DNA of 64,000 nucleotides from Octopus vulgaris (Eukaryota): NCBI GenBank assembly GCA_951406725.2, contig OX597817.1, positions 129,642,001 to 129,706,000 of the forward strand, read 5' to 3'. Shown piece by piece: positions 26,480 to 42,183 of this stretch (position 1 is its first letter; each line of letters starts with the position of its first letter). The notes under the pieces were generated by a model. It saw only the letters and a program-made list of their open reading frames with translations, ran no database searches and was not told where the DNA came from. The position numbers and the translations under genes were made by a program.

Positions 26480-27260
26480 TGGGAATGATTTTATTCCAGT
26501 CAGTCGAATGATGTCTTTGTGTGCAGCAGGAGCACCGTCCCAGATATGAAAGTAATATTTTAGTGTGGTCCTTACCTGAGTTTTGTAGAGTGTCATTAAT
26601 TAATCGGGGCTGGCGTGTTTGGTGACGCTGGAATGCGAAGAGAAGAACGTTGTGATGCGGTCCTGGTTGTAGAAAGGATTTGTTTTCATCTGGAAGATAC
26701 TCAATACCTAAACTGCCTAACATTTGGGTCGACTGTGAATGTTCTAGTTGAGTGCTGTTTATGCTTAACGGTAAACTGCAAGGAATTTTCAGCTTCATTT
26801 TAATTTTTTATCTGCTTTCATTTCTAAAAATATTTTTCTGTTGAAAAAGTCCAGATTGGCATGGTTCCATTGATGGTCGCTGTTGAGGTTTCTGTTCGTG
26901 GATTTAGTACAAGTTTAGCGTGTGGCACTAAGATTGTATGTACATTATGCCTGGTTGATGAAGGGTAGAGTGGGCGCCTGTGGACATGACTGAAATTAGG
27001 TCATTGGTATAAAGAAAGAAAAAAGATTGGGACAGAATCGAAACCTGGGGAACACTTGAATTGACAGCGTTTGGGACAGAAACATTTTCCGTAATTGTAC
27101 GATTTGATAGAAAGCTACAGATCCGAGAAACGGATAGAAGAGGCCCACTGATAGGTAGTTTCGACATGCATTGTATGTCAGACAATGTCGAAAGCTTTGC
27201 TGATATCTTGACCAACTACATTGTTTCCCGAAAATTCCTCTATATGAATGCGAGCATATA
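26480..27260 (-). mobile_element. Old LINE reverse-transcriptase remnant
   Basis: VNSSVPQVSILSQSFFFLYTNDL is a decayed GVPQGSxLxPxLFxxYxNDL. Confidence 0.6.
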
Positions 27261-28624
27261 CATATGTGTGTCGTATGTATGCATGAAGAATAGCCCTCTC
27301 ATACATATAGCTTTACGGTAGCCTTATTAGCTGTCGTGAAAGAGAGTAAACAATTTAAGATTATTGGAGAATGTTGCCAGTGGCGCCTTTGCGATATTGA
27401 AAGCATATGTAATTAGATGGTAGTTTAACGGGTTAGATGCATTATCTGTCTTGGGAGATGGACACATTATAGTCTTTCCAGTGATTAGAGTATAACCCTT
27501 AAGAAAGTGAAAATTGAAAAGTTTAGTGAGTTAAGAGGCAAGCTCTGAAAAGTAACATTTGGGGATATATGAATGGACTTTGTCAGGGCCAGTGGCTTTG
27601 ATGATTTAAAGTGCATGGAGGTTCTTTCGCATTCGGTATATGTATACAGGGCAGGAGATCTAGTGGGGGTACGAAGGGAGATATTTGAAAACAATTTTCC
27701 AAGTGTGTGCAATATAAAATTAGGTGCAAAGCTGGAAGTGAAGGTGGAGGTTTTCTCCGCAGAAGCTCTACTCACAGACTCATTGCTGTAGCGAAGTGGA
27801 GGAAAAGGATTCTGGAAAGTTAGTAGTAAAGATTCTCTTGAGAACAGAAGGATTGGCTACGTTAGGGAGACGTGCCAGTTTTGAGGGCTATGCAATGCAT
27901 GAAGGTATTTGTCACAATTAACATCATCCAGTTTTGGTGGGTAGGTGAGTTTCACTAGGTGTTAAGGGCCATTTGTGCTCATCTGTAGTAAAGCTAAGAG
28001 TCAACCACTGGGTGGATTTAGGGCACTTAGGTTTTGTTGAGGAAAAATGGGGAGAAACATGCCTAAAACGATAGTTTCAATCATCCGCCCAGCTGTTTCT
28101 GATGGGTACTACCAGAGATAAACAGAATAAGGTTGGCGGATATCCAAACAGATGGCTGACTTGAAATACCAAAAGGGTATGTGTATCATGTGGAAGGGTT
28201 GTTGCGATGAGGCAGCGTTCGTACGATCCAATAAGTGCAGACGCAGTTATGTGGTTTGGTAGAGACTAGGTTTGAAGGTGAGAAAGCGATCGCGGCTGCT
28301 TTGAATTGTTTGTGTGTCGATCTGTGATGCGCGTAGGGGATGAAATAAATTGATATAGTGATTTGAGGATGGCAATAATTTGGCTTCTATACCAGAAATA
28401 TCAATGTGAGGTAAGTGTGAGAGACACGGCATGTGAGTGATAAAGTCATCGAGGGCGTTGTAAGATTATGATACAATTGTTGCTGTTATTATTGTAAAAT
28501 TTCAGGTCAGCTCTAGTCGAGCAGACCAATCATCAAGGTATTTCAAACACGGTCATCATAGTGTAACTAGGAATACGTTATCTATTGTGCCATTATATCA
28601 TTTAGAAGTGATGACACTGAATGG

Positions 28625-29223
28625 CAAAGGATCTAATTCTTGCACTAAGACGGATATCAGTAATAGAGGAGCGCGAAAGTTAGGGGCAAAGGGTGAAAGG
28701 CGAAGCCGACCTCGGCGAAATTTGAACTCAGAACGTAGCGGCAGACGAAATACCGCTAAGCATTTCGCCCGGCGTGCTAACGTTTCCGCCAGCTCACCGC
28801 CTTAAAGAGAAGGGTTGTTATTTATTATTTTCTATTCTAGGCACAAAGTCCGATATTTTAGAGGAAGGGGCCAATCGATTAGCTCGACCCCAGTACGCAA
28901 CTGGTACTTAATTTATCGGCCTCGAAAGGATGAAAGGCATAGTCGACCTCGGCGGAATTTTAACTCAGAACGTAGCTGCAGACGAAATATCTATTTCTTT
29001 ACTACCCACAAGGGGATTAACACAGAGAGGACAAACAAGGACAGACAAACGGATTAAGTCGATTACATCGACCCAGTGCGTAATTGGTACTTAATTTATC
29101 GACTCCGACAGGATGAAAGGCAAAGTCGACCTCGGCGGAATTTGAACTCAGAATATTACGGCAGACGAAATACGGCTACGTATTTCGCCCGGCGTGTTAA
29201 CGTTTCTGCCAGCTCGCCGCCTT
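28625..29223 (-). mobile_element. Three tandem or nested SINE B copies
   Basis: Repeated cgacctcggcg.aattt.aactcagaa motif near 28707, 28944 and 29127. Confidence 0.85.
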
Positions 29224-29419
29224 AGACAGACGGGTAAATTAAGACTCGACACAAAACATTGTTTATTAAGAGGCATCCAATCAATGGACACGATTCTATC
29301 ACGTGACGTTTTTCACTCCCACTTCGCTTATTATTTAAGCTTACGTTGATTCATCCGAGGGGACACTTTGTGGATCCTATCAGGTGACGTTCGATTTACA
29401 TTGATACATTGTTATGGAT

Positions 29420-29562
29420 TTACTTATTTCGCCTTAGCACACTTACTGCGGTGTTTTTTTTTCTTCTTTTGCGTCGTGGACAATTGAAGTTACAGTTTGC
29501 CATTTTGCACTTCGGTTTGGAATTGTTGCAATGTTTTCTGCGTTCGTTTATAAAGTTATTAC
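29420..29562 (-). CDS. Candidate terminal exon of a Cys-rich cationic peptide: xNNFINERRKHCNNSKPKCKMANCNFNCPRRKRRKKNTAVSVLRRNK*
   Basis: gtgttcag| acceptor; only phase 1 is open; 4 Cys and a basic cluster; TAA at 29422-29420; AATAAA at 29267-29262. Upstream exons are not established. Confidence 0.35.
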
Positions 29563-29625
29563 CTGAACACAATATCATTATTCGTCTTACGATATAACAT
29601 AGATATAGAGATAGATATACCTACA

Positions 29626-29717
<92 letters not shown>

Positions 29718-30225
29718 AGATAGATAGATAGATCGCGAAAGTGAGTCAGAGGCTTTGAGCAAGAGTAACTAGAAGTTAGTGTTGCTAATATCCATGTCAG
29801 AGAGATGTGTAGTGAGGGCATGGATTTTCCATACACAAAGAGATTATGTTTCAGAGCAAATATAAGGTTAAACTGAGAATAACATTATACGGTAAACCAA
29901 AAATTGTATTTATTTTTAGACGGTAGGGGTGTGATATGAGGAAGATTTTTGTTGTTTAGATCAAGGTCATTCCTGAATTAATAATATCATGATCAAAGGA
30001 ATTGCAGCCGTGACCATTCTGTCCTTCCGTACTGCAAAAACTACATTGTCCTATATATTCCTTATTTTTTAAAGACGTTAAGGTGCTATTTCTGCAGATA
30101 GGATGACCGTGCAGAAGCTTCCTCATTGGCGGCTATTTCTACGGGAATGAGTTAACTCTTCCATTACTATTTTTTGTGTTAGCAAGGTTTAGTGAATGTG
30201 ATGCATGTTGGACTGAAATCTGTGG

Positions 30226-30505
30226 GTAGTGGAGACCGGGTCTAGTTGTTTCATTTTTTCACAAAGTACCAGTCTCGTTCTGAGTTCGATAAAATCAACT
30301 TTTTTTTTTTTTTTAGTAAAAAATCGTTTTTTTGAGCCATACTTTTCCTGGTGACAGCCCACCAGTGCAATACACACGTACAGTCATGATGCTAAGGAGT
30401 TGGCCTTCACGAGGTAGAGACCCCAGTCCCACCTATTTCTTGAAGTTGGAAACAATGGGCTTGTAACAACTTACCCGTGTAACAACTAGACCCGGTCTCC
30501 CCTAC
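30226..30505. mobile_element. Putative MITE with 25-bp terminal inverted repeats
   Basis: gtagtggagaccgggtctagttgtt (30226-30250) vs aacaactagacccggtctcccctac (30481-30505). Confidence 0.65.
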
Positions 30506-30850
30506 TTGAAAGGAGGCAGGAAGAAGTGTTATGTATAGATATAGAGAACCTGTGATATTCTGAAAGAAGTTCAGTGATCAGGAAAAATTATTATAATTCT
30601 TTCGAATTTTGGCACAAAGCTAGCAATTCTGAGTGGTGGGGGCAAGTTGATTTTATCGAACATTATCGATCCTGAAAGGATGAAAAGCAAAGATGGCCTC
30701 AGCAGAGTTTGAACTGTAAAGAGCCTAAAGAAATGCCATAAAACGCTTTTTCCGATGCTCTAATGATTCTGCCAGCTCACTACTTCAGGGTTAAATAGAA
30801 TTAAATATATTCTTGTTGATTTAATTTTATGTTAATCTAATCTTTTTCAG

Positions 30851-31258
30851 AGGCTGTGTGGTAAGTAGCTTGGTTACGAACCACATGGTTCCGGGTTCAG
30901 TCCCACTGCGTGGCACCTTGGGCATGTGTCTTCTACTATAGCCTCGGGCCGACCAAAGCCTTGTGAGTGGATTTGGTAGACGGAAACTGAAAGAAGCCTG
31001 TCGTATATATGTATATATATATGCGTGTGTATGTGTGTGCATGTGTGTGTGTGTGTTTGTGTGTCTGTGTTTGTTCCCCCAGCAACGCTTGACAACCGAT
31101 GCTGGTATGTTTACGCCTCCGTAACTTAGCGGTTCGGCAAAAGAGACCGATAGAATAAGTACTTGGCTTACAAAGAATAAGTCCTGGGGTCTATTTACTC
31201 GACCAAAGGCGCCGCTCATGCATGGCCAGTGAAATGACTGAAACAAGTAAAAGAGAGT
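30851..31258 (+). mobile_element. SINE family A, full length (tRNA head, internal TA/TG tract, LINE-like tail)
   Basis: Matches minus copies at 42968-43320 and 50020-50690. Confidence 0.85.
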
Positions 31259-31765
31259 AATTACGAATATTAGAAACCTTTATATTTCTGTATCTGCATT
31301 TGTTATTCCTTGTCTTTTGAGCCTCCAAGGTTGAACCTAAGTCTGCATGGATGGGCCAGGGTAGAAGATTTTGTGGGTAAATGGGAGTCTGTTATGCATG
31401 CGAGACTTCCTTGTCCCTGCAACTGCTGAAAAAATAATCGCTGTTTGTAGGCTGATACGGCTTGGCACCAGAGCCATCGCGTGTGGTGTCAGAACTCAAA
31501 TAATGATAGGTAGGTCTATCATTATTTTATGCTTCCTGTGGCACCAGCTAAAAACCGGCGTAGAAGACAATATAGATATCAACAGACAGTGAGCAACCTC
31601 CAGGTGTTTTACACTGCATGTTGTACTGTAAAATTCTGTAAATATTTTTCTAGTCGTTATTGTTGGTCTTGTTGCTCGGTTTTATTTAATCCCAAGCCAC
31701 CCAGTCATGCCTAAATTAAATTTTAGGGTTATGTAGTACTACATTATCCAATGCACCAGTCCTTA

Positions 31766-31848
<83 letters not shown>

Positions 31849-31864
31849 ATAACTATATATATAG

Positions 31865-31905
<41 letters not shown>

Positions 31906-32319
31906 ATAGGATTAGCTCGTATACGAGTAGGTATATATTTGTAAAAAATGAAGTTCGAAAATGCTGCTGTATTATACAATTTTTAATTTTTATATATACA
32001 TTATAACATGTTTCAGTTCCTGAAATGAACCTTATCAAAAAAAGTTATATATAAAAAGAGACAGCTCATGCCGTCAAACACAAGAAATTCATTTATAATA
32101 CACAACGGAGTCAGACATCTTAGAGTTCATGTATAGTTGATATATAGTCCATGTATAGTTGATATATAGTTTGAAGTATATGTTCAAAGTGTTCGATGCA
32201 GTGGCCCACGGTGGCGATACGTATTCAATACAAAAAACAGATCAAAGTGGTGGAAAGCGGTCAATACAGAAGATTGATGTTTCCGAAAGAGCGAGGAATT
32301 CATTTTTACCTTAAGCAAT

Positions 32320-34642
32320 TGTGTGTGTGTTTATTTTTTGTTTTCCTTGTTTTCTGGATCAAATGCCATTTAGTATTGATGTGAATGATGTTGCTGTCGT
32401 TGTTGCTGTTCTTCTCCTGGTGGGTGGTGGTGGTGGTGGTGGTGGTGGTGGTGGTGGTGGTGGTGGTGGTGGTGGTGGTTGTGGTGGTGGTGGTTGTGGT
32501 TGTGGTGGTGGTGGTGGTGGTGGTGGTGGTGGTGGTGGTTGTAGTGGTGGTGTTGGTGGTGGTGTGGTGGTGGTAGTGGTGGTGGTGGTGGTTGTGGTGG
32601 TTGTGGTGGTGGTGGTGGTGGTGGTGGTGGTGGTGGTGGTGGTGGTGGTGGTGGGTGGTGATGGTGGTGGTGGTGGTAGTGGTGGTGGTGGTGGTGGTGG
32701 TGGTGGTGGTGGTGGTGGTGGTGGTGGTGGTGGTGGTGGTGGTGATGGTGGTGGTGGTGGTGGTGTTGGTTGTGGTGGTGGTGGTGGTGGTGGTGGTGGT
32801 GGTGGTGGTGGTGGTGGTGGTGGTGGTGGTGGTGGTGGTGGTATTGGTGTCTTCTGTTGTGTTTGTGCGTATTTGTATGCATATAGGCTGTTATATACAT
32901 GTGGTTTGGAATGAGGTGTTTTACTGTCATACATACATATGTGTGTAAAATACACACACGCATATATGTGTGTATGTGAGTGTATATATATATATATTTA
33001 CATGTGTGTGTATATATGTGTATGTATGTATGTATGTATGCATGTATATATTCATGTATGTGTGTGTGTGTATGTACGTATGTATGAATGTATGCATGTA
33101 CATACACTCAAGTGTGCATGCAAACTTGTGTGTGTTTGTATGCGTATAATGATTTTGTATGAGTGCACATCTTCGAGATGAGTGCATTTGTTGTTTTTTT
33201 GCTTTGTTTTCTAATGTGTGTATTAATTATTGTCATATAAACATGTGTTGTTTTTGTTTTAAGACGATAGGATGATATTTTGCGGGATATCTGTCTGTTT
33301 TTTTCTAGCAAGGCATGTAACTGCATTGAATTTCCCCCTAATGTTGTTGCCATTAGCGCCATGCTAGTCCAACGATCAAATGTAGACTTATGAACTCATA
33401 GAGGGTGAGAGAGAAAGAGGGAGAGGGGGAGAGAAAATGACAACCGTCTGTCTTCCCTCCCTTCTCCCCCCCTCTCTCAGACAACGTACTTAGGACTATA
33501 TTATCTGATAGATTCTTCGGTTATCTAACAAAATCGTTGTCACTCTGGACAAAATGCTTGGTGGCGTTTCGTCCGTCTTTATGTTCTGAGTTCAGATTTC
33601 ACCGAGGTCGACTTTGCCTTTCATCCTTTCGAGATCGATGAAATAAGTACCAGTTGTTTACTGAGGCTGATATAATCAACCAGACCCCTTCCCCAAAAGT
33701 TCAGGCCTTGTGCCTGTAGTAGAAAGGCTTATCAAATGGGTCCTTCCTGTCTTATGCTGTAGGTCAAGTTTCGAGAGAAATTTGGTTACTATTTTCAGAA
33801 AGTCGATAAATTACGTAGATGCCTCCCTACTAATTCATGGGTTATGATTTTAGCCGTCTACTGGTGTTCCATCTGAGTATATAGTACTCGACGTTCCTCT
33901 AAGTCAAAAAATCGTTAGATCGTCGGACAAATGCCTGATGTATTTAGTCACGGCCGAGGTCAACGTTGCCTTCCATTCATTCGGGGTTAATGAAATAAAG
34001 TTATATTTCAGAATCACTGGTAACCATGTGATTCAATATCTCTGTTCATGGTCGAGTAATCAGCGTCTAAACCATCCCCCTACAGCGCTTAGCCTGGATG
34101 GCGGATGAGTGGACGCCCAACAGGATAGAGAAAGGGAGAGAAAAAAAAAGAAAAACTAAACTTGTCAAAGATGGATGATAACTTTAATAATCCTGATGGC
34201 GCCCATATCCTTTAGAGGTAATAGTGACGCTTGGATCACCAAGACCAATAAAGCCACTGAATGAGTGTTAACGCAAATATTTAATTATATTAAGCATCAA
34301 GTTTTAATTATTAAGCATTAAGTCAGATGCATGAAAAATGCCCGAGACCGTCCGGAGTGGAAAAGATTGATTTAAAAATATCGGGTATTCCAACGACAGA
34401 AATGCCATGAGATGGAAATGGAACAGAAAATGAAAAATAAAGAACCAGTTAGGTACTAAGATCAATTTAATATTCCGGCTCCTAAATACAAATGGATTTG
34501 CAATAGAAGAACTAGTTGGTAGGAATTGGTGGAGTTTCAACTTTAGGTCAGTGTCCAATATTCCATCTCAGAACATTTTGCCATTTGATCTGGTCTTCGG
34601 TTCTACGAGAGATAGCATCATCTCTATATATATATATATATA

Positions 34643-34697
<55 letters not shown>

Positions 34698-37107
34698 CAG
34701 TAAAGTATGATACGAGGGGAAGTACGCTGCTGTTTCTCTTATCTTGAGTAACCACATATATGGTGATAATTTCACGTGGGTCGAGTAAACATATCCACGT
34801 AATGGTTGGATGTATTGTTTGGTATAACTTTAGCATAGAATATATAAACTCTTCAACAGATGATGCTATCTCTCGTAGAACCGAAGACCAGATCAAATGG
34901 CAAAATGTTCTGAGATGGAATATTGGACACTGACCTAAAGTTGAAACTCATTCGTTTTGCACCAATTCCTACCAACTAGTTCTTCTATAGCAAATCCATT
35001 TGCATTTAGGATGCATTGCCGGAATATTAAATTGATCTTAGTACCTAACTGGTTCTTTATTTTCCTTTTCTGTTCCATTTCCATCTCATGGCATTTCTGT
35101 CGTTGGAATACCCGATATTTTTAAATCAATCTTTTTCACTCCGGACGGTCTCGGGCATTTTTCATGCATCTGACTTAATGCTTAATAATTAAAACTTGAT
35201 GCTTAATATAATTAAATATTAGCGTTAACACTCATTCAGTGGCTTTATTGGTCTTGGTGATCCAAGCGTCACTATTACCTCTAAAGGATATGGGCGCCAT
35301 CAGGATTATTAAAGTTATCATCCATCTTTGACAAGTTTAGTTTTCTTTTTTTCTCTCCCTTTCTCTATCCTGTTGGGCGTCCACTCATCCGCCATCCAGG
35401 CTAAGCGCTGTAGGGGAATGGTTTAGACGCTGATTACTCGACCATGAACAGAGATATTGAATCACATGGTTACCAGTGATTCTGAAATATAACTTTATTT
35501 CATTAACCCCGAATGAATGGAAGGCAACGTTGACCTCGGCCGTGACTAAATACATCAGGCATTTGTCCGACGATCTAACGATTTTTTGACTTAGAGGAAC
35601 GTCGAGTAGTATATACTCAGATGGAACACCAGTAGACGGCTAAAATCATAACCCATGAATTAGTAGGGAGACATCTACGTAATTTATCGACTTTCTGAAA
35701 ATAGTAACCAAATTTCTCTCGAAACTTGACCTACAGCATAAGACAGGAAGGACCCATTTGATAAGCCTTTCTACTACAGGCACAAGGCCTGAACTTTTGG
35801 GGAAGGGGTCTGGTTGATTATATCAGCCTCAGTAAACAACTGGTACTTATTTCATCGATCTCGAAAGAATGAAAGGCAAAGTCGACCTCGGTGAAATCTG
35901 AACTCAGAACATAAAGACGGACGAAACGCCACCAAGCATTCTGTCCAGAGTGACAACGATTTTGTTAGCTAACCGAAGAATCTATCAGATAATATAGTCC
36001 TAAGTACGTTGTCTGAGAGAGGGGGAGAAGGAGGGAAGACAGACGGTTGTCATTTTCTCTCCCCCTCTCCCTCTTTCTCTCTCACCCTCTATGAGTTCAT
36101 AAGTCTACATTTGATCGTTGGACTAGCATAGAGCTAATGGCAACAACATTAGGGGGAACTTCAATGCAGTTACATGACTTGCTAGAAAAAACAGCCAGAT
36201 ATCCCGCAAAATATCATCCTATCGTCTTAAAACAAAAACAACATATGCTTATATGACAATAATTAATACACACATTAGAAAACAAAGCAAAAAAAACAAC
36301 AAATGCACTCATCTCGAAGATGTGCACTCATACAAAATCATTATACGCATACAAACACACACAAGTTTGCATGCACACTTGAGTGTATGTACATGCATAC
36401 ATCCATACATACATACATACATACACACACATACATGAATATATACATGCATACATACATACATACATACATACATACACATATATACACACACATGTAA
36501 ATATATATATATATATACACTCACATACACACATATATGCGTGTGTGTATTTTACACACATATGTATGTATGACAGTAAAACACCTCATTCCAAACCACA
36601 TGTATATAACAGCCTATATGCATACAAATACGCACAAACACAACAGAAGACCACCACCACCACCACCACCACCACCACCACCACCACCACCACCACCACC
36701 ACCACCACCACCACAACCACCACCACCACAACCAACACCACCACCACCACCACCACCACCACCACCACCACCACCACCACCACCACCACAACCACCACCA
36801 CCACAACCACCACCACAACCACCACCACCACTACCACCACCACCACCACCATCACCACCACCACCACCACCATCACCACCACCACAACCACAACCACCAC
36901 CACCACCACCACACCACCACCACCACCACCACCACAACCACAACCACCACCACCACAACCACCACCACCACCACCACCACCACCACCACCACCACCACCA
37001 CCACCACCAAGAAGGAGAAGAACAGCAACAACGACAGCAACATCATTCACAACAATACATCAATACTAAATGGCATTTGATCCAGAAAACAAGGGAAACA
37101 AAAAAAT

Positions 37108-37120
<13 letters not shown>
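32320..37120. repeat. Large inverted duplication: ~2.3-kb arms (32320-34623, 34858-37120), 234-bp spacer
   Basis: The arms are reverse complements across unique sequence, a SINE B copy and (GGT)n/(ACC)n tracts, with scattered substitutions and small indels. Confidence 0.95.
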
Positions 37121-37152
<32 letters not shown>

Positions 37153-37465
37153 TTCCGTGAAGGAGTCGCACCAAACATACCCATACACATATACACGGAT
37201 ACACTCACGTACATACACATACACATATGCGCAAGCATAAACACGCACTAGCGCACGCATTAAAGGAATCAATGCATTCATATAGACATTGAAATACATA
37301 CATACAGACCATACTCAGTCATATACACACATTATATACGTTAAAGGAAACATAGACCCCCCTCCTCCACCACCACCATTATATTTTATAACGCACACGA
37401 ATATATTCAGCAGACACATTCATTTTATATGTGTACGGATAAGGGGTATGCATGCTGTATTTGCA

Positions 37466-37526
<61 letters not shown>

Positions 37527-37898
37527 ATGTATGTATGATAGGGTATGTTTGGTGCGACTCCTTCACTGAATGTGTGCATGTGTGTGTGTTTGTATGTGTG
37601 CTTGTGTGTGTGTGTGTGTGTACGTGTGTGTGCGTGTGTTGATTTTTTTGTTTCACTTGTATTTAATCATAACGCAAACATATTACATACACATGCGCGC
37701 GTGCTCTCACACACATCTACACACGTCTCGTATACACACACACACATATATAATATATATATATATATGCATATATATGCATATATATACATACACATGT
37801 ATATACATACATATACACGTATGTATACATACTTACATATATACATATATAAATATATATATATATATGTATGTATATACATTTATATATATATAAAT

Positions 37899-37996
<98 letters not shown>

Positions 37997-38087
37997 GAAC
38001 ACAATGTTATTGGATGATTGCGGGTAGGGAAGAAGATAATTGCATCTAAGAAAGAGAAAATTGGAACTGTAAGAGAGAGAAAGAGAA

Positions 38088-38145
<58 letters not shown>

Positions 38146-38279
38146 AGGATAGAGATATAAACAAATAAATATAGTTATTTCAGCGGGAGTACAGCAAGTT
38201 TGTAAGAATAGCTACAGAATATATATATTTTTTAATATTCTTCCAAACATCGGAGTTTAGAAGATACCGTTAATGTAAT

Positions 38280-38952
38280 GGTAGCGGCGATGGTTGTGTG
38301 GTATTGGTGTAGATGGTAGCGATGGTGGTTGTTTTGTAGGGTTATTGGTGGTGGTACCGTCGGTGTTGGTGTTGGTGTTGCTATTGTTGTAGTTGTTGGT
38401 AGCGGCAGTGGTGGTGGGTTGTGGCTGTAATGGTGGCAGTGGGCTGGTGGTGCTGGTATTAGTGGTGACGGCAGTGGTGGCGGTGGTGGTGATAGTGGTT
38501 GTGATAGTGGTGGTGATGGTGGAAGTGGCGGAGGTGAAGTGGTTGTAGTGGTGGCGGTGTTTTATGGTGGTGGTGATAGTATTGTGATAGTGGTGGTAAC
38601 CATAGTGGTGTTGGTGGTGGTGTGACAGTGGTGATGGTGATTATGGCAGTGGTGGTGGTCATAGCAGCGGAGGTGGTAGTAGTGCTAGTGATATCAATAG
38701 TGGCAGGGATGGCAGTAGTGGTGGTGGTGGTGGTGGTGGTGGTGGCGGCGGTGGCGATGGTGGTGGTGGTGATGGTGGTGGTGGTGGTGTGGTGGTGGTG
38801 ATGGTGGTGGTGTTGCTGGTGGTGATGGTAAATGGTGGTGGTGATGGTGGTGATGGTGGCGATGGTGGTGGTGGTGATTGTGATGGTGGTGGTGGTGATG
38901 ATGGTGTTGGTAGTGGTGATGGTGGTGGTGGTGGTGGTGGTGATGGTGGCGG
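38280..38952. repeat. Degenerate (GGT)n low-complexity tract
   Basis: Directly visible; source of poly-T/H/P ORFs. Confidence 0.9.
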
Positions 38953-39064
38953 TAGACAGGAAAAGAATCAAAGGTTGCAGAGAGAGCTATAGGTGTATAA
39001 ACAGATCGATATTGACACTGGGTAACAATAATGTAACAGGGAAAGGATTTATGAATATAAAGAT

Positions 39065-39097
<33 letters not shown>

Positions 39098-39287
39098 AGG
39101 GAGAGAGAGTGGGGAGGGAGAGAGAGAGTGGGGAGGGAGAGAGAGAGAGGGTGGAACAAGACAGGAGAGTTAGAATGAGAAAAGAAGCGATATATAGAGC
39201 GGAGTATAGCAACCACAAAACGATAATTTTAACCTATTGCATTTTTGTTTCTATAGAGCTCTTTCTGTAATATATACATATACATAT

Positions 39288-39356
<69 letters not shown>

Positions 39357-39359
39357 TAC

Positions 39360-39445
<86 letters not shown>

Positions 39446-39699
39446 ATGTATGTGTGTTTATAGATATATATATATATGTGTGTGTGTGTGTATTATGTGT
39501 ATATATTGAATAGTAAAGAATATGGATTCAAAGAATCACTGTATTGTATAATGCTGAACATATATATTGGTGGCGCAAGCATCTACGTATAATTTTTTGC
39601 ATACTGATTAAAACTACATGAAGGTTACGACACGGCTGCGATCATATGGAAGTCCATATGGGGAAAACTATCTTTACCTCTCACACCTCCTGGCTTTAT

Positions 39700-39743
<44 letters not shown>

Positions 39744-39781
39744 TAGATATATATATGTACATATATATATATATATATACT

Positions 39782-39881
<100 letters not shown>

Positions 39882-39894
39882 GTACGTTTAAATA

Positions 39895-41765
<1,871 letters not shown>

Positions 41766-41767
41766 TA

Positions 41768-41799
<32 letters not shown>

Positions 41800-41846
41800 T
41801 TATTATTTCTAAATCTCTCAAAGAGAGACATTCAGTAACAGTTCTT

Positions 41847-42183
41847 TAAAGTAAAGGCTATTTGCCAACATAATGTGGCTGTCCTGGAAGGGACAATGTT
41901 ACTGTTATTTTAGCCCCAAGAAACATCGTTTCTAGCTGGCTATACGACACAATATCTGTGTCCTTATATTTTCGAACAGGGAGTTCAGCATCTAGTCCAG
42001 AAACTAGTCCGCAAATGTTGTATTGCGCTAGGTGGGAGTGCCTGAACTCCCTGTTCAAAAATATAAGGACACAGATATTGTGCCGTATAGCCAGCTAGAA
42101 TCGATGTTTCTTAGGGATAAAACAACAGTAACATCGTCCCTTCTAGGACAGCCTTATTATGTTGGCAAATAGCCTTTACTTTA
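41847..42183. repeat. Inverted repeat with ~144-bp arms and ~48-bp spacer (MITE-like or fold-back)
   Basis: 41847-41990 is the reverse complement of 42039-42183 with about a dozen differences; starts and ends on TA. Confidence 0.9.

Noticed and set aside
31265-31635. Minus-strand exon with a signal-peptide-like stretch (LLISILSSTPVFS) upstream of the 29.5-kb exon
   Set aside because: All three frames contain stops and there is no good donor; at best a pseudogenised exon.
32321-33107. Poly-Gly/Pro/His/Val ORFs (and their mirror at 36383-37109)
   Set aside because: (GGT)n tract open in all frames; no splice or domain evidence.
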